Program-made: the position numbers and the translations under genes
Notes under the pieces: generated by a model
Databases searched by the model: none
Told to the model about the DNA's origin: nothing
The model's input: only the letters and a program-made list of their open reading frames with translations
Assembly: GCA_964608175.1 (NCBI GenBank)
Contig: CAZSMO010000008.1
Span: forward strand, 10,291-74,290
Direction of reading: 5' to 3'
Length of the DNA stretch: 64,000 nucleotides
Source of the DNA: an uncultured Muribaculaceae bacterium
GTDB lineage: Bacteria > Bacteroidota > Bacteroidia > Bacteroidales > UBA932
Shown here: piece by piece, positions 9,333 to 19,467 of the stretch
Layout: the number at the start of each line of letters is the position of its first letter
Position numbering within the stretch: the first letter of the stretch is position 1

Positions 9333-10859
9333 ATGAAGAAAATCTTAACTATATTATCCCTTGTGTCGGGAATTGTCTTAAGCACATCCTGCAATCTTGA
9401 CAAGTATCCCGAGACCGCAATCAATACGGATGAGGCGATGGAAAGTGCAGCCGACTGCTATAACTTCCTCACCGGGCTGCGAGCCAGCACCAAATCCCTG
9501 TATAGCGGATTCTACTGCTATGCAACGGACTTTATGACCGACAGTTACCATGCAATCAAGAATTACGGCAACTGGGACGGAGACTATCTCACATACAATA
9601 TTCAGGCATCCGACAGTAACATCGAGACGGTGTGGAACAATTTCTACGCCTATATCGGAAATGCCAATTTCCTGATAGCCGGAACCGGCAAACTCCTCGA
9701 AAGCGAAACTCTATCCGCTGACGATGAATCCTTAGTCAAGAGCTATTATGGGGAAGCCTGCTTCTTAAGGGCTCTGATGTACTTCAAACTCACGGAATAC
9801 TTCTGTGTGGCCTATGACAAGGAGACAGCCGCATCCGTCTTCGGGGTTCCCGTTGTCACAGTCTATGCTCCTACCGGGGATTCGGGCAAATACCCGCACA
9901 GAGGGACGCTCCAGGCCACCTACGACCAGATTGCCCTTGATATTGCTGAGGCAGAGGCAAATGTTGCCGCTGCCGGCTCGCAGAACAGTGGCTATGTCAC
10001 GGCCGATGTGGTCAAAGCCTTCAAAGCCAGGTTCTCACTCAGTGCACAGGACTACACCACGGCATTTTCGTGCGCAAAAGATATCATCGACAGCGAGACG
10101 TACACTTTCGCCGCATCGGCTTCAGAGTTTAAGTCCGGTTGGATAAATGACAATCTCAGCGAGACCATCTGGCAGCCCATTATCCTCGATGCCAGCGATG
10201 GTGGAAGTGCCAACTCCTATTTTATCTACAACACAAGTGGAGAAGACGGAGACGATGATCCTCAATATCTTCCTGAGGACTGGGTACTTATGCTTTACGA
10301 CCAAACCAACGACATGCGCTGGTCGGCTTACTTCGAGCAGAGGCATATTGACAAGAGAGGCAACAATGGAGACCTTACTCTCCTTATCAAATTCCCAGGG
10401 AATCCTGCCCTCAATTCAAGTTCGGCATCCCACTATATCAATCGCCCTAAGATATTCAGACTCGGCGAAATATACCTGATTGCGGCAGAAGCGGCATACG
10501 AATCGGGGGATGAGACTGCTGCGTCAAACTATCTCAACGAGCTTAAGAAGTATCGTATCGCCCATTGGTCAAGTGTCTCTTACAGTGGGGAGAGCCTCAA
10601 GCAGGAGATCCGCAATGAACGCGTAAGAGAGCTCTTCGGTGAGGGATTCCGCCTCAGTGACATCAAACGCTGGCATATCGGTTTCAGCCGCTCCGAAGGG
10701 CAGAACCCGGCTCTGCTCCAAACCGGTCCAAATTACACGGAGCTTTCAATGCCCGCTGACAGTCCCAGGTTCGTGTGGCCTATCCCTACCAGCGAAATGA
10801 GCGCAAATCCCCAGATGAAGGGAGAGCAAAATGAGGGTTATACACAAGATACGATATGA
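9333..10859 (+). CDS. RagB/SusD family outer-membrane lipoprotein
   Basis: Lipobox LSTSC, IFRLGEIYLIAAEA and ERVRELFGEGFRLSDIKRW; it follows SusC. Confidence 0.95.
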   Translation: MKKILTILSLVSGIVLSTSCNLDKYPETAINTDEAMESAADCYNFLTGLRASTKSLYSGFYCYATDFMTDSYHAIKNYGNWDGDYLTYNIQASDSNIETVWNNFYAYIGNANFLIAGTGKLLESETLSADDESLVKSYYGEACFLRALMYFKLTEYFCVAYDKETAASVFGVPVVTVYAPTGDSGKYPHRGTLQATYDQIALDIAEAEANVAAAGSQNSGYVTADVVKAFKARFSLSAQDYTTAFSCAKDIIDSETYTFAASASEFKSGWINDNLSETIWQPIILDASDGGSANSYFIYNTSGEDGDDDPQYLPEDWVLMLYDQTNDMRWSAYFEQRHIDKRGNNGDLTLLIKFPGNPALNSSSASHYINRPKIFRLGEIYLIAAEAAYESGDETAASNYLNELKKYRIAHWSSVSYSGESLKQEIRNERVRELFGEGFRLSDIKRWHIGFSRSEGQNPALLQTGPNYTELSMPADSPRFVWPIPTSEMSANPQMKGEQNEGYTQDTI

Positions 10860-11776
10860 AAAAGACAGTTTTACTTTTAATTGCGGTGGCCGGAGGGATC
10901 TTCGCCTCCTGCACAGATAATTCAGAACTTTCGCAGGCAAACAAGGGGAAGGAGAAACCTTCGGTCAGCGTAAGTTGTGTCGATTCCACCTTAACCGAGT
11001 TCTACCTCAACTTTCAGGCTTCTGAAGGAAGCAAATATGTAGCCTACGCTGTCTATGCAGGGGATGCTTATACCGAGCCGTCTGCATACGAGGTTCTTAC
11101 AAAAGATGTTAGCGGGACTATAGCCTCCAATGTCTACGAATGTGGCAGTGAGGCTTTTACGGATACCGTGCTCTGCATTCTCAAAGACGATTACCATGTC
11201 TATGCTGCTGCCATGACTGGAGATGGCCTGATTGGGGAGGTGACAAAGTATGATGTCACGATCGAAGGGGCTCATCCGGCAGTGACATTAAAACTGGGCA
11301 CTTACACCATTACACCCTCTGCCGAAGCAGTCGCACAGTTCGACCCGACCTATGAAAAATACACGGCGGAGCCTATGAGCATCACTCTCTCTCAGTTTTC
11401 TGACACCGAGTTCCTCGCATCGGGGTATTGGTTCAATCTGTTGAGTTTCGATTTTGTGGGGACATATGATTATTCAAAGAACCAGCTTGTATTCGATGGA
11501 ACGGTTTATTGGGGAGAAGAATACGGCACGGAGAATGACTTCGGCGGAGCTTTTTGGCTATCCAAGAGTGACGGCATTATATATGCTCTATGGGGAGCAG
11601 GCAGCGAAGGATATGACCCGATGATCTTCCAGTGTAAAGTTGCAGGCGAGGATGCAATTCCCACAAGCGTTGTCCAGGGCATCGACTTTGAAGCATACTA
11701 TTATCCAAGTTATGAGTGGATAAGCTCTTTAGCTTACTTTGAAGGAGGAGAGACAATTACGGCTGACGCTGAATAG
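10856..11776 (+). CDS. Uncharacterised surface lipoprotein co-transcribed with SusC/D
   Basis: Lipobox IFASC, ATGA overlap with the SusD stop, 306 aa, no recognisable catalytic motif. Confidence 0.75.
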   Translation: MKKTVLLLIAVAGGIFASCTDNSELSQANKGKEKPSVSVSCVDSTLTEFYLNFQASEGSKYVAYAVYAGDAYTEPSAYEVLTKDVSGTIASNVYECGSEAFTDTVLCILKDDYHVYAAAMTGDGLIGEVTKYDVTIEGAHPAVTLKLGTYTITPSAEAVAQFDPTYEKYTAEPMSITLSQFSDTEFLASGYWFNLLSFDFVGTYDYSKNQLVFDGTVYWGEEYGTENDFGGAFWLSKSDGIIYALWGAGSEGYDPMIFQCKVAGEDAIPTSVVQGIDFEAYYYPSYEWISSLAYFEGGETITADAE

Positions 11777-11795
11777 CCCTTTTCCCGTTATTGAT

Positions 11796-11855
11796 TAACC
11801 GGCCGGAAGCCAAGATTTGTGAACACAAAGTTTTGGTACTGTCCTCGGCCGGTTA
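11796..11855. repeat. 60-bp imperfect hairpin (TAACCGGCCG...CGGCCGGTTA with inner TTTGTG-AA-CACAAA)
   Basis: Read directly; it lies just after the lipoprotein stop and may be a terminator or REP-like element. Confidence 0.5.
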
Positions 11856-11942
11856 TATTGTATATTTCTGTCTTTTGCCAAGGAGGCCGCCCTCCTGTTT
11901 CCTATGCTCGCTACAGTGTCAGTGCAAAAACGGGCAGCCGCA

Positions 11943-12049
11943 TTTCCCAATAAACCACTAATATATAGATACTTACGCTTTTGCACCCTACCGCGCAGCG
12001 AGGGGGCGCGAAAATGTAATACCCTATATAACAATTGATTACAGGGAAA
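11943..12049. repeat. 107-bp palindromic REP/MITE-like element, solo copy
   Basis: CA-TTTCCC...GGGAAA-CG ends and GCGAGGGGGC at offset 55; same length and layout as 37751-37857 and 38844-38950. Confidence 0.75.
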
Positions 12050-12084
12050 CGCCCGAAGGCACCGAGATGCGCTACCCATTAAAA

Positions 12085-12114
12085 ATGCCGGACGAAGAGC
12101 TCTTCGTCCGGCAT
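12085..12114. terminator. 30-bp perfect palindrome ATGCCGGACGAAGAGCTCTTCGTCCGGCAT; likely intrinsic terminator of the minus-strand operon
   Basis: Perfect self-complementarity, a T-run on the minus strand (A-run at 12081-12085), and position between convergent operons. Confidence 0.7.
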
Positions 12115-12133
12115 AATTACAAAAAACACCATT

Positions 12134-12922
12134 TTACTGGATTTTCTCCCAGGTAAAGACTGTCTCAGTGTCTACATCCATGCCGGAGACATCGGTACCA
12201 TTCCAGACACCATAGTATTTGACTTCCTTGGTCACAACGCCATTGGCATCTTTCTCATACTCGTATACGGCAGTTTTGGCAGCATACTCATCCCCGTAGT
12301 TATGCCAGATGCAGCTTTCCATAAGATTCACTGAAGTATTGCCAAACAGACGAGCCTCCCATGCCCACCTTGAGAATCCGAGATCCTCGGAATAGTGAGT
12401 CTGGATGCAACCGAGGTTCTTGTCGGTAAGGTAAGTAGCCTCTTTCATTCTCCAGAAATCATGCTCCTTGTCGTAGCGGGTCCAATAGAGGACATTGCCA
12501 TCCTCGATGGATTGAGAAGTGCACTGCTCACCATCTTTCACGCCCTTGATGAGATACCCATTGGCATCATAAGTGATTTCCCATGTGTGATCGGCACTGA
12601 CAACCTTGGTAGCAAAACCGTCAGAGTTGAGGGTTATGGTGTACTCCAAGCTGCCGTTATCGGTAATAGTCAAGGTGTTGCCATCGTAGCTAAACACCCT
12701 GTTATCGGATGCGCTCACAACGGAAGCCACTCTGCCCTTGCTGTCATAGGAGAAGGTGTACGGCTCACTCCAGCTATCGCCCAGTGTCTTGATACGCCAT
12801 TCGCGGGTGATTTGGGTATCATCGTCCTTCGAATTGTCGTTACCGCCGTTGTCTTTTTTGCAACCCACCATGAGAGCTGCAAACGCAGTCAAAGCTGCGA
12901 GAAAGTAAATTCTTGTCTTCAT
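12134..12922 (-). CDS. Beta-rich surface lipoprotein (DUF4595-like)
   Basis: Lipobox LMVGC and YD-like repeats (FSYDSKGRV, ITYDANGYL, YEYEKDANG). Confidence 0.6.
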   Translation of the reverse strand: MKTRIYFLAALTAFAALMVGCKKDNGGNDNSKDDDTQITREWRIKTLGDSWSEPYTFSYDSKGRVASVVSASDNRVFSYDGNTLTITDNGSLEYTITLNSDGFATKVVSADHTWEITYDANGYLIKGVKDGEQCTSQSIEDGNVLYWTRYDKEHDFWRMKEATYLTDKNLGCIQTHYSEDLGFSRWAWEARLFGNTSVNLMESCIWHNYGDEYAAKTAVYEYEKDANGVVTKEVKYYGVWNGTDVSGMDVDTETVFTWEKIQ

Positions 12923-12938
12923 TTTGTTTGAATGTTGG

Positions 12939-14429
12939 TTAGTTATATGTCATATAAGAGTTTAGTAAACTTAACTGCCGAAGTCGGTCCTCCCGCGCAT
13001 TCCCACTATCCTGAATGACACGATATTCGAAATTAGCCCCACTTCGTTTGCAGGCAAGATAAAGTTCATCTGCAGCCAGATAGCCTGAACCGTCATCGGT
13101 GGTAGAGAAGAATATATTGTCTCCACTCTCCACCACAGGGTCGGAAAGCAACGGATTCGCCATGACAATGGATTTGAAGTCCTCCTTTCTTTGAAGCACA
13201 TCTTGCGCCGCATCTCCAAAAGCCACTGCATTCCAGCTGTCTATACTATATCTCTCCTCCCAATGCTTCTCCCAGTCTTCAATACCCTTTTCGTTAAGAT
13301 TGCAAGGCAAAAAGGCAAAGCGATACTTTGTATTGGACGACCACATCACGCCCATTGCCTCTTTGAGCTCTTCTTCGGAAAGCCCGCGATGACAGAATAG
13401 AACCCCTCTGTTTGAATCATTCATATCAAATGCAGAAGAAAGTACCACCCCGTCTTCTTTGAAATCAAGGCTGTTTATCGTATAAGATTTCAGTGCACAT
13501 TCAGGCCATTGAATGGTGCCATTCATATAATGGTCGAAGTAAGGGAGCACCTCGAAGAGTGCCTCCATCCAATAGGATGAAGTATGACCTCCGTTCCCAA
13601 CCCTATACTCGTGGGCATAGCCCCTGTCACGAAGCAACACATGCAGGGAATCTCCGGCTATAAGCAGGTTCTGCTCATCGTCACCGCAGGTAAAAAACCA
13701 ATTAACAGTGCCAAGTACAGCTTTATTCGCTTCATTAAACTGATAATACGGGCAATGCTCCTTATAATAATCCGTAAGGCGTTCTTCTCCTGACTTCCCT
13801 ATTCCCCCAAATATCTTACCCCACTGGTCGTCCCATCCGCTTTGAGATTCGGCCATATACTGGGCATCCGTGCGGAAAGACATGCTGAGAGGAGCACTGC
13901 AACTGAAGATTTCAGGGTGTTTTTCGGCAAGAACCATAGCCCCAAATCCTCCCATGGAATAGCCTGTAAGCGCTCTGTGCTCTCTGTCGGGGATAGTCCT
14001 GAAGGTCTTGTCGATGTAAGGGACCAGTTCATTGACAAACATGTCCATGTAGTTGTATTTCCCGGACCAGTAATTACAATAGTAGGTATTAAACCCATTT
14101 GGGAACACATAAATCATTTCCGAGAGGCCCTGCCCTTCGAGGGTCTGTATCCGCGTGTTGGCATGGAGGTAGCGTCCGTTCCAGGAGCGGTAGTTATCTC
14201 CGTAGCCGTGAAGCATATACACGACCGGATAGGTCTTATCCCCATCTGTTTCGTAAGATGAGGGAAGAAGTACCGCGAAGTTGATATCAGTGCCAAGTAT
14301 TTCGCTATGCATCACCAGACTGTCATTGTAACGCACAAACTCCGCTTGCTCCATGGAAGAGGATGAGCATTGGCAGGCCGAAATCAATGACAGCAGAATG
14401 GTGAAAAACACTGATAGAGGCTTCCTCAT
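12939..14429 (-). CDS. Secreted esterase (alpha/beta hydrolase, putative esterase family)
   Basis: YPVVYMLHG, nucleophile elbow GYSMGG, GGHTSSYW His motif and a signal peptide. Confidence 0.82.
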   Translation of the reverse strand: MRKPLSVFFTILLSLISACQCSSSSMEQAEFVRYNDSLVMHSEILGTDINFAVLLPSSYETDGDKTYPVVYMLHGYGDNYRSWNGRYLHANTRIQTLEGQGLSEMIYVFPNGFNTYYCNYWSGKYNYMDMFVNELVPYIDKTFRTIPDREHRALTGYSMGGFGAMVLAEKHPEIFSCSAPLSMSFRTDAQYMAESQSGWDDQWGKIFGGIGKSGEERLTDYYKEHCPYYQFNEANKAVLGTVNWFFTCGDDEQNLLIAGDSLHVLLRDRGYAHEYRVGNGGHTSSYWMEALFEVLPYFDHYMNGTIQWPECALKSYTINSLDFKEDGVVLSSAFDMNDSNRGVLFCHRGLSEEELKEAMGVMWSSNTKYRFAFLPCNLNEKGIEDWEKHWEERYSIDSWNAVAFGDAAQDVLQRKEDFKSIVMANPLLSDPVVESGDNIFFSTTDDGSGYLAADELYLACKRSGANFEYRVIQDSGNAREDRLRQLSLLNSYMTYN

Positions 14430-15946
14430 AATTTGTCGTATATAACCATTTCCTGCGCGTTCACGACAAAGTCGGGATCCGGATTAAGGAGACGTAGAGT
14501 GAGTGTATGCGAACCGCTTTCGAAACAATATTTCGAAAAGATTTCGTATTTGCGGGTAATATAGTCGTAGGGCATCTTAAATACCTCCACTTCCTCTCCA
14601 TCTAGCAGGGCCTGGATTGTAGCCACATAAGCCTTGTCACTGTGCCCTGTCCTGACTACGCTTCCCTCTACCACGATGGAGTTCCCAGTAAACTGAAGCA
14701 CAAGGTCATCCGTAGAGAACTGCTTCTTTAGCACTACTTTGTTCGTCGGGGTGATGCCCTCAAAGGACTGTTCATACGGAGCTTGAACCGGCCTGTTTAC
14801 AGACACGGAAAGCCCATTTTCAGACCATTGTGAAAGGTCGGTTGCAGCCTTTATCAGCTCAAGTGTCTTCACACAGGCTGTGTTAAGCGATATGGAGGTG
14901 TAAGGGAAGGGCAGGTCGGCGATGGCTTCCGCCCCTTTCCTGTAAGTATCGGGAATTGCTGAATAACCGATTATTACTCCTAAAACACCCGCAGCCGTGG
15001 CAGGATTACAATCTGAATCCTGACCACAGCGGGTCGCAATTTCCATTGTCTTTTCGAAGTCTCCTTCCCCATACAGGAGAGCGATAACCACATAAGCCGC
15101 ATTGATTTTTGCGTCTATATTGAAGCCGTTCCAAACCCCTTCCGGGCAACCTTTCTCGTAACTGTATTTCTGCTCGATTCCCATCCAGCAGCGTTTCCAA
15201 TCATTCGGATACTTGGCATTCAAGGCTATGACATCATCGATGCAGGCACGAAACCCCGTGCCACTGGGAATCACATTACTGGCAGCCTCCACGATGGAAG
15301 GTATGTCGTCACAGACATATGCGAAGGCATAGAGGGCACTGGTAAACACTCCCCCATACCAGCCATCCCCATAGTTCATAATGTGGCCGATGCGGTCGCA
15401 AAGATTCAGTGCCAATTCTACATTTCCGGGGCAAAGCATTCCAATGAAATCAGACTCGATTTGGAAATCTATGTCGTCAGCATGCGGGTTGTGTTTCCAA
15501 TCCCCGGACATAGGGGCAGGGATGCCGTTCAGGATATTGTAACGCGCAGCCTGGTTGGCATGCCACAGCTTGTAAGAAGCCTTTGCAAAGCGGTCTGCAT
15601 AAAGCTGCGTGGGGGCATCAAGGCCATTCTCTGACATTACTTCAAGGAAAGTGAGATCCATATACACATCGTCATAGAGTCCGGGATCCTCAACGAATGT
15701 CTCGGCTATATAGCCGTCATACCAGATAATTGGCTGGCAATCCGGAATAAGTCCCCCCTTATACTTAAATTCAGTGGGACCTCCATAGGTGCATCCGATA
15801 GTCTGTGCAAACCACCCACCCCGCACCTTATCCTCCAGCACGTCTTCTGCAATGGTAATGGTCTTGCCGTAAGGTACGCTTGAAGTCTTGGTGCAGGAAA
15901 CTGCAGCCAAGCCAAAGATAAGAAGTGTTGAGACGGAGGCTTTCAT
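14426..15946 (-). CDS. ADP-ribosylglycohydrolase-family lipoprotein
   Basis: Lipobox AAVSC, the family opening KVRGGWFAQTIGCTYG, and acidic motifs YDDVYMD and CGQDSDCN. Confidence 0.85.
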   Translation of the reverse strand: MKASVSTLLIFGLAAVSCTKTSSVPYGKTITIAEDVLEDKVRGGWFAQTIGCTYGGPTEFKYKGGLIPDCQPIIWYDGYIAETFVEDPGLYDDVYMDLTFLEVMSENGLDAPTQLYADRFAKASYKLWHANQAARYNILNGIPAPMSGDWKHNPHADDIDFQIESDFIGMLCPGNVELALNLCDRIGHIMNYGDGWYGGVFTSALYAFAYVCDDIPSIVEAASNVIPSGTGFRACIDDVIALNAKYPNDWKRCWMGIEQKYSYEKGCPEGVWNGFNIDAKINAAYVVIALLYGEGDFEKTMEIATRCGQDSDCNPATAAGVLGVIIGYSAIPDTYRKGAEAIADLPFPYTSISLNTACVKTLELIKAATDLSQWSENGLSVSVNRPVQAPYEQSFEGITPTNKVVLKKQFSTDDLVLQFTGNSIVVEGSVVRTGHSDKAYVATIQALLDGEEVEVFKMPYDYITRKYEIFSKYCFESGSHTLTLRLLNPDPDFVVNAQEMVIYDKL

Positions 15947-15948
15947 CG

Positions 15949-18900
15949 TTAATTGTGATAATAGGGGTCAGATTTCGCTTTCTGCGAATAATACTGTATA
16001 GCGTTGATCCTAAGCAGGTACTGTGAAGGATCCGGATTCTTCCATACCAGTTTTACAGTATGCTTTCCTTCGGGGAGCAGGTATTTCCATGCCGGCTCGA
16101 GTCTGCGGGATGTCCCCTCCATTGGCAATTTGACCGCCTGATCCAAAGCACCATCTATCCAGACCTCAATCTCAGCCACATACCTGTCTTTGGGCTCTGC
16201 CAGCGCAAAAACTTCAGACCCTACGTGCTTTTTGGACACACGGTCAGCGTAATCTGCAGTTATACCTCTCAGACACACAAGGTTACCCCAAATGCAAAAG
16301 CCATTTCCATCGAAATCAAAAGCGTACTCTTTAGACATCCAAGCGTCTTTCTGATCCCGATAAACTGGCACCATGCCGGTGAAATTCTGCTCCAAGGGCA
16401 GGGGCCTTATCTCGTGAAGGGGAATATCCAAATCCGTTTCCCCAACCCTGCCTCCTTCATCGGCGATGATTCGAAGGGCTTGGTCGTAGGAATATTCAGC
16501 TCCTTTGGCAAGGGAAACATCGGTACCTTCGAAATCGAGGTTCCAAATCTCTTCCAATGGCTCTTCCCAAAAAGCTGGGATACCGCTCTTGCCAAGCATC
16601 ACCCCGAGCACACCGCCTACAGTGGCGGGATTGCAGTCGGAGTCCTGTCCGCAGCGGGTGGCAATTTCGATTGACCTGGCGAAATCGCCTCCTCCATAAA
16701 GCAGTCCCATGGCTACGTATGCCGAATTAATCTTTGCGTCTATGTCAAAACTCAAAAACACTCCTTTGGGACAGCCAACATCCTCTCCCCAGCGCTTGAG
16801 AATCTCGAACCAGCAACTCTTCCAGTCATCGGGGTATTTGGCGTGCAACACACGCACATCATTGACACAACGCCAGAAAGAGCTTTGCTCCGGGATTCCC
16901 TCAAGGGCTATATCCACGATTTTGGAAGGGTCATTCTCATAGAAGGCTGCGGCGTAAAGTCCGGACACAAAGGCTCCTCCATAGAATCCATCCCCACTGT
17001 TCATGATATGCCCCACCGTATCGGCAATCTCGAGTGCCCTTGAGACCATTCCCGGGGCCATCAATCCTATAAAGTCGGCCTCTATCTGAAAATCCAAGTC
17101 ATCTGCATGGGGGTTATTGAGCCAATTCCCTGATTCCGGAGGGAGAATACCTTGACGTATATTGTAGCGCGCTGCCTGATTGGCATGGGCAAGGTGGTAG
17201 GGCGCATAGGCAAAGCGCATTGCGAGTTGCTCTGAAGTACAGTCCAGGCCGAGTTGCTGGAAAGCCTCCGCGAAAGTGAGATCATTGTAGACATCATCGA
17301 AGAGTCCGGGCTTCTTGTCCCACCAGTATTTCACATATCCTTTCCCCCAAGAAATAGGCTGATAATCAGGGATAATGGATCCCTGATACTTAAATTCAAC
17401 AGGAGCTCCGTATACCACGCCAATGGTCTGCCCTGCCCAACCGCCTTCAATCTTGTCCTTCAAATCAGCTCGTGATATGCTGAAAGTCTCCACTTGCGCT
17501 TCATACACCTGAATCTCGGTCAGATTGATGAAAGCAGATACGTTCTTGGTGTATTTGTGCCAATGGGACTCTACATGGTCATCTCCAATTACACGAATTC
17601 CCTTGGCAGTCACAGGCTTGAATCTAAAGAGATATTCTGCGAAGTGCGGCTGAATAAACACCGCATCACTTTCAGGGAGAGCAGGCGAAACTCTTGTCCT
17701 TATGCTACGCCAATTTCCGTTCTCATCCAGCACCTCGATATGCATATTGCTATACCAGCCTCCAAACTCTTCGAGACAACCATAGTGGAAGGAAAGGGCA
17801 TCAATGGTCTTGGGCTCGTCCCAAACATAGCCAAACCAGTCACTGCGAGGGGTGTTGGACTTTGAGGCTAAGGAGCAGAACACCGAACCGGGACCATCCA
17901 ACACGCCGTCATTGAGCACCGATATATCATCAGCGTAATAAGCCATAGAGTTGGTCATCCAGCAGGAGTCGAGGACATCGAAGTTGGTGTGCGCAGATGA
18001 GGCGATAATCTGAGCCTCGGGAGCTATGTTTCTCCCCCTGACGATGAGTGTGAAGTCCTTGGCGACAGTCTGCTTCCCATCGCTGAGGGACAGTGCAATA
18101 GTGTAGTCGCCTGCTTTCTTTGGAGTTCCGGTGAGCCGGCTTCCTTTGAGGCGTAGGCCTTCAGGGAGGCTTCCTCCTGCGAGGGTCCACTTGCAGGAAC
18201 GATTGGCAGCACAGGCAAAATCATAATCAACCCTCTCCCCGACCACCAGTCTCGCTTGGGGTCCTATGCAGAACTCAATGGGTGGGGTAAAAGTGGCTGA
18301 AGTATTGACTACCAGGTATTTCTTACCGTTCCGTTCAACAGTTCGACCCCCGTTGTCCTCCGCTATCCGTATGGCAAGGGCGGTCGTACGGTCTATGATA
18401 TCTTCGATGGAAGCATCCGGCAAATCATATCTTGTAACATTTATATATCTGTCATTGAAAGGTTTACTCCACGACGGGAATGGCATGGACCAAGTTGTGG
18501 GGACCTTTTCCCCTCCATTAATGACCCCCAACAGACCGCAGGCAGTTGCAGTCTGATTGTCACAGTCAAACCCAAGGGCACAGCCGATATTGAGTGTCTT
18601 CTCGATGTCACCCTCGCCATACAGGAGAGCCAGCATTCCAAGGGCTCCGTTGAGATTGGCGTTCCAGATGGTCTTTGTCATCGGGTCTTCAGCATCGTAG
18701 TACTTCTCCCTGATGAAACGTCTGGCCTCATGCCAATCTTCGGGGTTCTCATCGTGGAGTTTGATACACTCTCTAACGGTCTGGGCAAATCTGTCGTCTT
18801 TGGGCAGGCACTTGAGCGCATTTTCCATGAGTTTGCGGATGTCAGACTCAAAGAAGGCCCCTGCATACATGGCACCATAGACTACGGTGGGGGAAGTGGC

Positions 18901-19467
18901 CCATGAGTCACTGGTTATATGGGCAGCCCATTCCGATTTGGCAGCGGCGTAGGAGACCATTCCAGGGGCGGTGTACCCCCAAATCTCGTTTATAAGTTGA
19001 GGGTCTATCTGGAACCAGTGCGGATTATTTTGGCTGGCTCCGGTAAAAGGAGGAGTAAGTCCATAGTGCATCGCGCCTAATGCAGCCCTGTTTGCAAGCC
19101 ACACACGATCCCTTATGTGGTACATCCAGCCTTCGCGCATCTGAGCGTAGGTCGGGTGTATGCCGTACTTCTCCATCATGATGAGGTACATGTACTCCAC
19201 ATCCGTGTCATCATCGGAAAAAGCTCCATCCACTGCTGTCATTTTACGCATGGCCTTGTTCCACACGAACGGTCCCTCCCCAGGATCTTCGATGAATTTA
19301 TTTTCGTATTCAAGCCCGTAGATGTTGCCTACCATCTGTCCAAGCCAGGCACCGGCTATCTTGCTTCTCAAATCCTCGTAGGAAATCTCTTTCTCGGACT
19401 TGGAAGTCGAACAAGACAGGACGAACAGCCCCATAAGGGCAGACAGGAGTATATTTCTTACTTTCAT
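15949..19467 (-). CDS. Tandem double ADP-ribosylglycohydrolase lipoprotein with Ig-like and discoidin-like inserts (1172 aa)
   Basis: Likely start MKVRNILLS at 19467 (ATGA overlap with the SusD stop). ARH1 has SDDDTD and GFDCDNQ; an Ig-like GGSLPEGL...LTGTP segment follows; ARH2 has FDDVYND and CGQDSDCN. Confidence 0.85.
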   Translation of the reverse strand: MKVRNILLSALMGLFVLSCSTSKSEKEISYEDLRSKIAGAWLGQMVGNIYGLEYENKFIEDPGEGPFVWNKAMRKMTAVDGAFSDDDTDVEYMYLIMMEKYGIHPTYAQMREGWMYHIRDRVWLANRAALGAMHYGLTPPFTGASQNNPHWFQIDPQLINEIWGYTAPGMVSYAAAKSEWAAHITSDSWATSPTVVYGAMYAGAFFESDIRKLMENALKCLPKDDRFAQTVRECIKLHDENPEDWHEARRFIREKYYDAEDPMTKTIWNANLNGALGMLALLYGEGDIEKTLNIGCALGFDCDNQTATACGLLGVINGGEKVPTTWSMPFPSWSKPFNDRYINVTRYDLPDASIEDIIDRTTALAIRIAEDNGGRTVERNGKKYLVVNTSATFTPPIEFCIGPQARLVVGERVDYDFACAANRSCKWTLAGGSLPEGLRLKGSRLTGTPKKAGDYTIALSLSDGKQTVAKDFTLIVRGRNIAPEAQIIASSAHTNFDVLDSCWMTNSMAYYADDISVLNDGVLDGPGSVFCSLASKSNTPRSDWFGYVWDEPKTIDALSFHYGCLEEFGGWYSNMHIEVLDENGNWRSIRTRVSPALPESDAVFIQPHFAEYLFRFKPVTAKGIRVIGDDHVESHWHKYTKNVSAFINLTEIQVYEAQVETFSISRADLKDKIEGGWAGQTIGVVYGAPVEFKYQGSIIPDYQPISWGKGYVKYWWDKKPGLFDDVYNDLTFAEAFQQLGLDCTSEQLAMRFAYAPYHLAHANQAARYNIRQGILPPESGNWLNNPHADDLDFQIEADFIGLMAPGMVSRALEIADTVGHIMNSGDGFYGGAFVSGLYAAAFYENDPSKIVDIALEGIPEQSSFWRCVNDVRVLHAKYPDDWKSCWFEILKRWGEDVGCPKGVFLSFDIDAKINSAYVAMGLLYGGGDFARSIEIATRCGQDSDCNPATVGGVLGVMLGKSGIPAFWEEPLEEIWNLDFEGTDVSLAKGAEYSYDQALRIIADEGGRVGETDLDIPLHEIRPLPLEQNFTGMVPVYRDQKDAWMSKEYAFDFDGNGFCIWGNLVCLRGITADYADRVSKKHVGSEVFALAEPKDRYVAEIEVWIDGALDQAVKLPMEGTSRRLEPAWKYLLPEGKHTVKLVWKNPDPSQYLLRINAIQYYSQKAKSDPYYHN

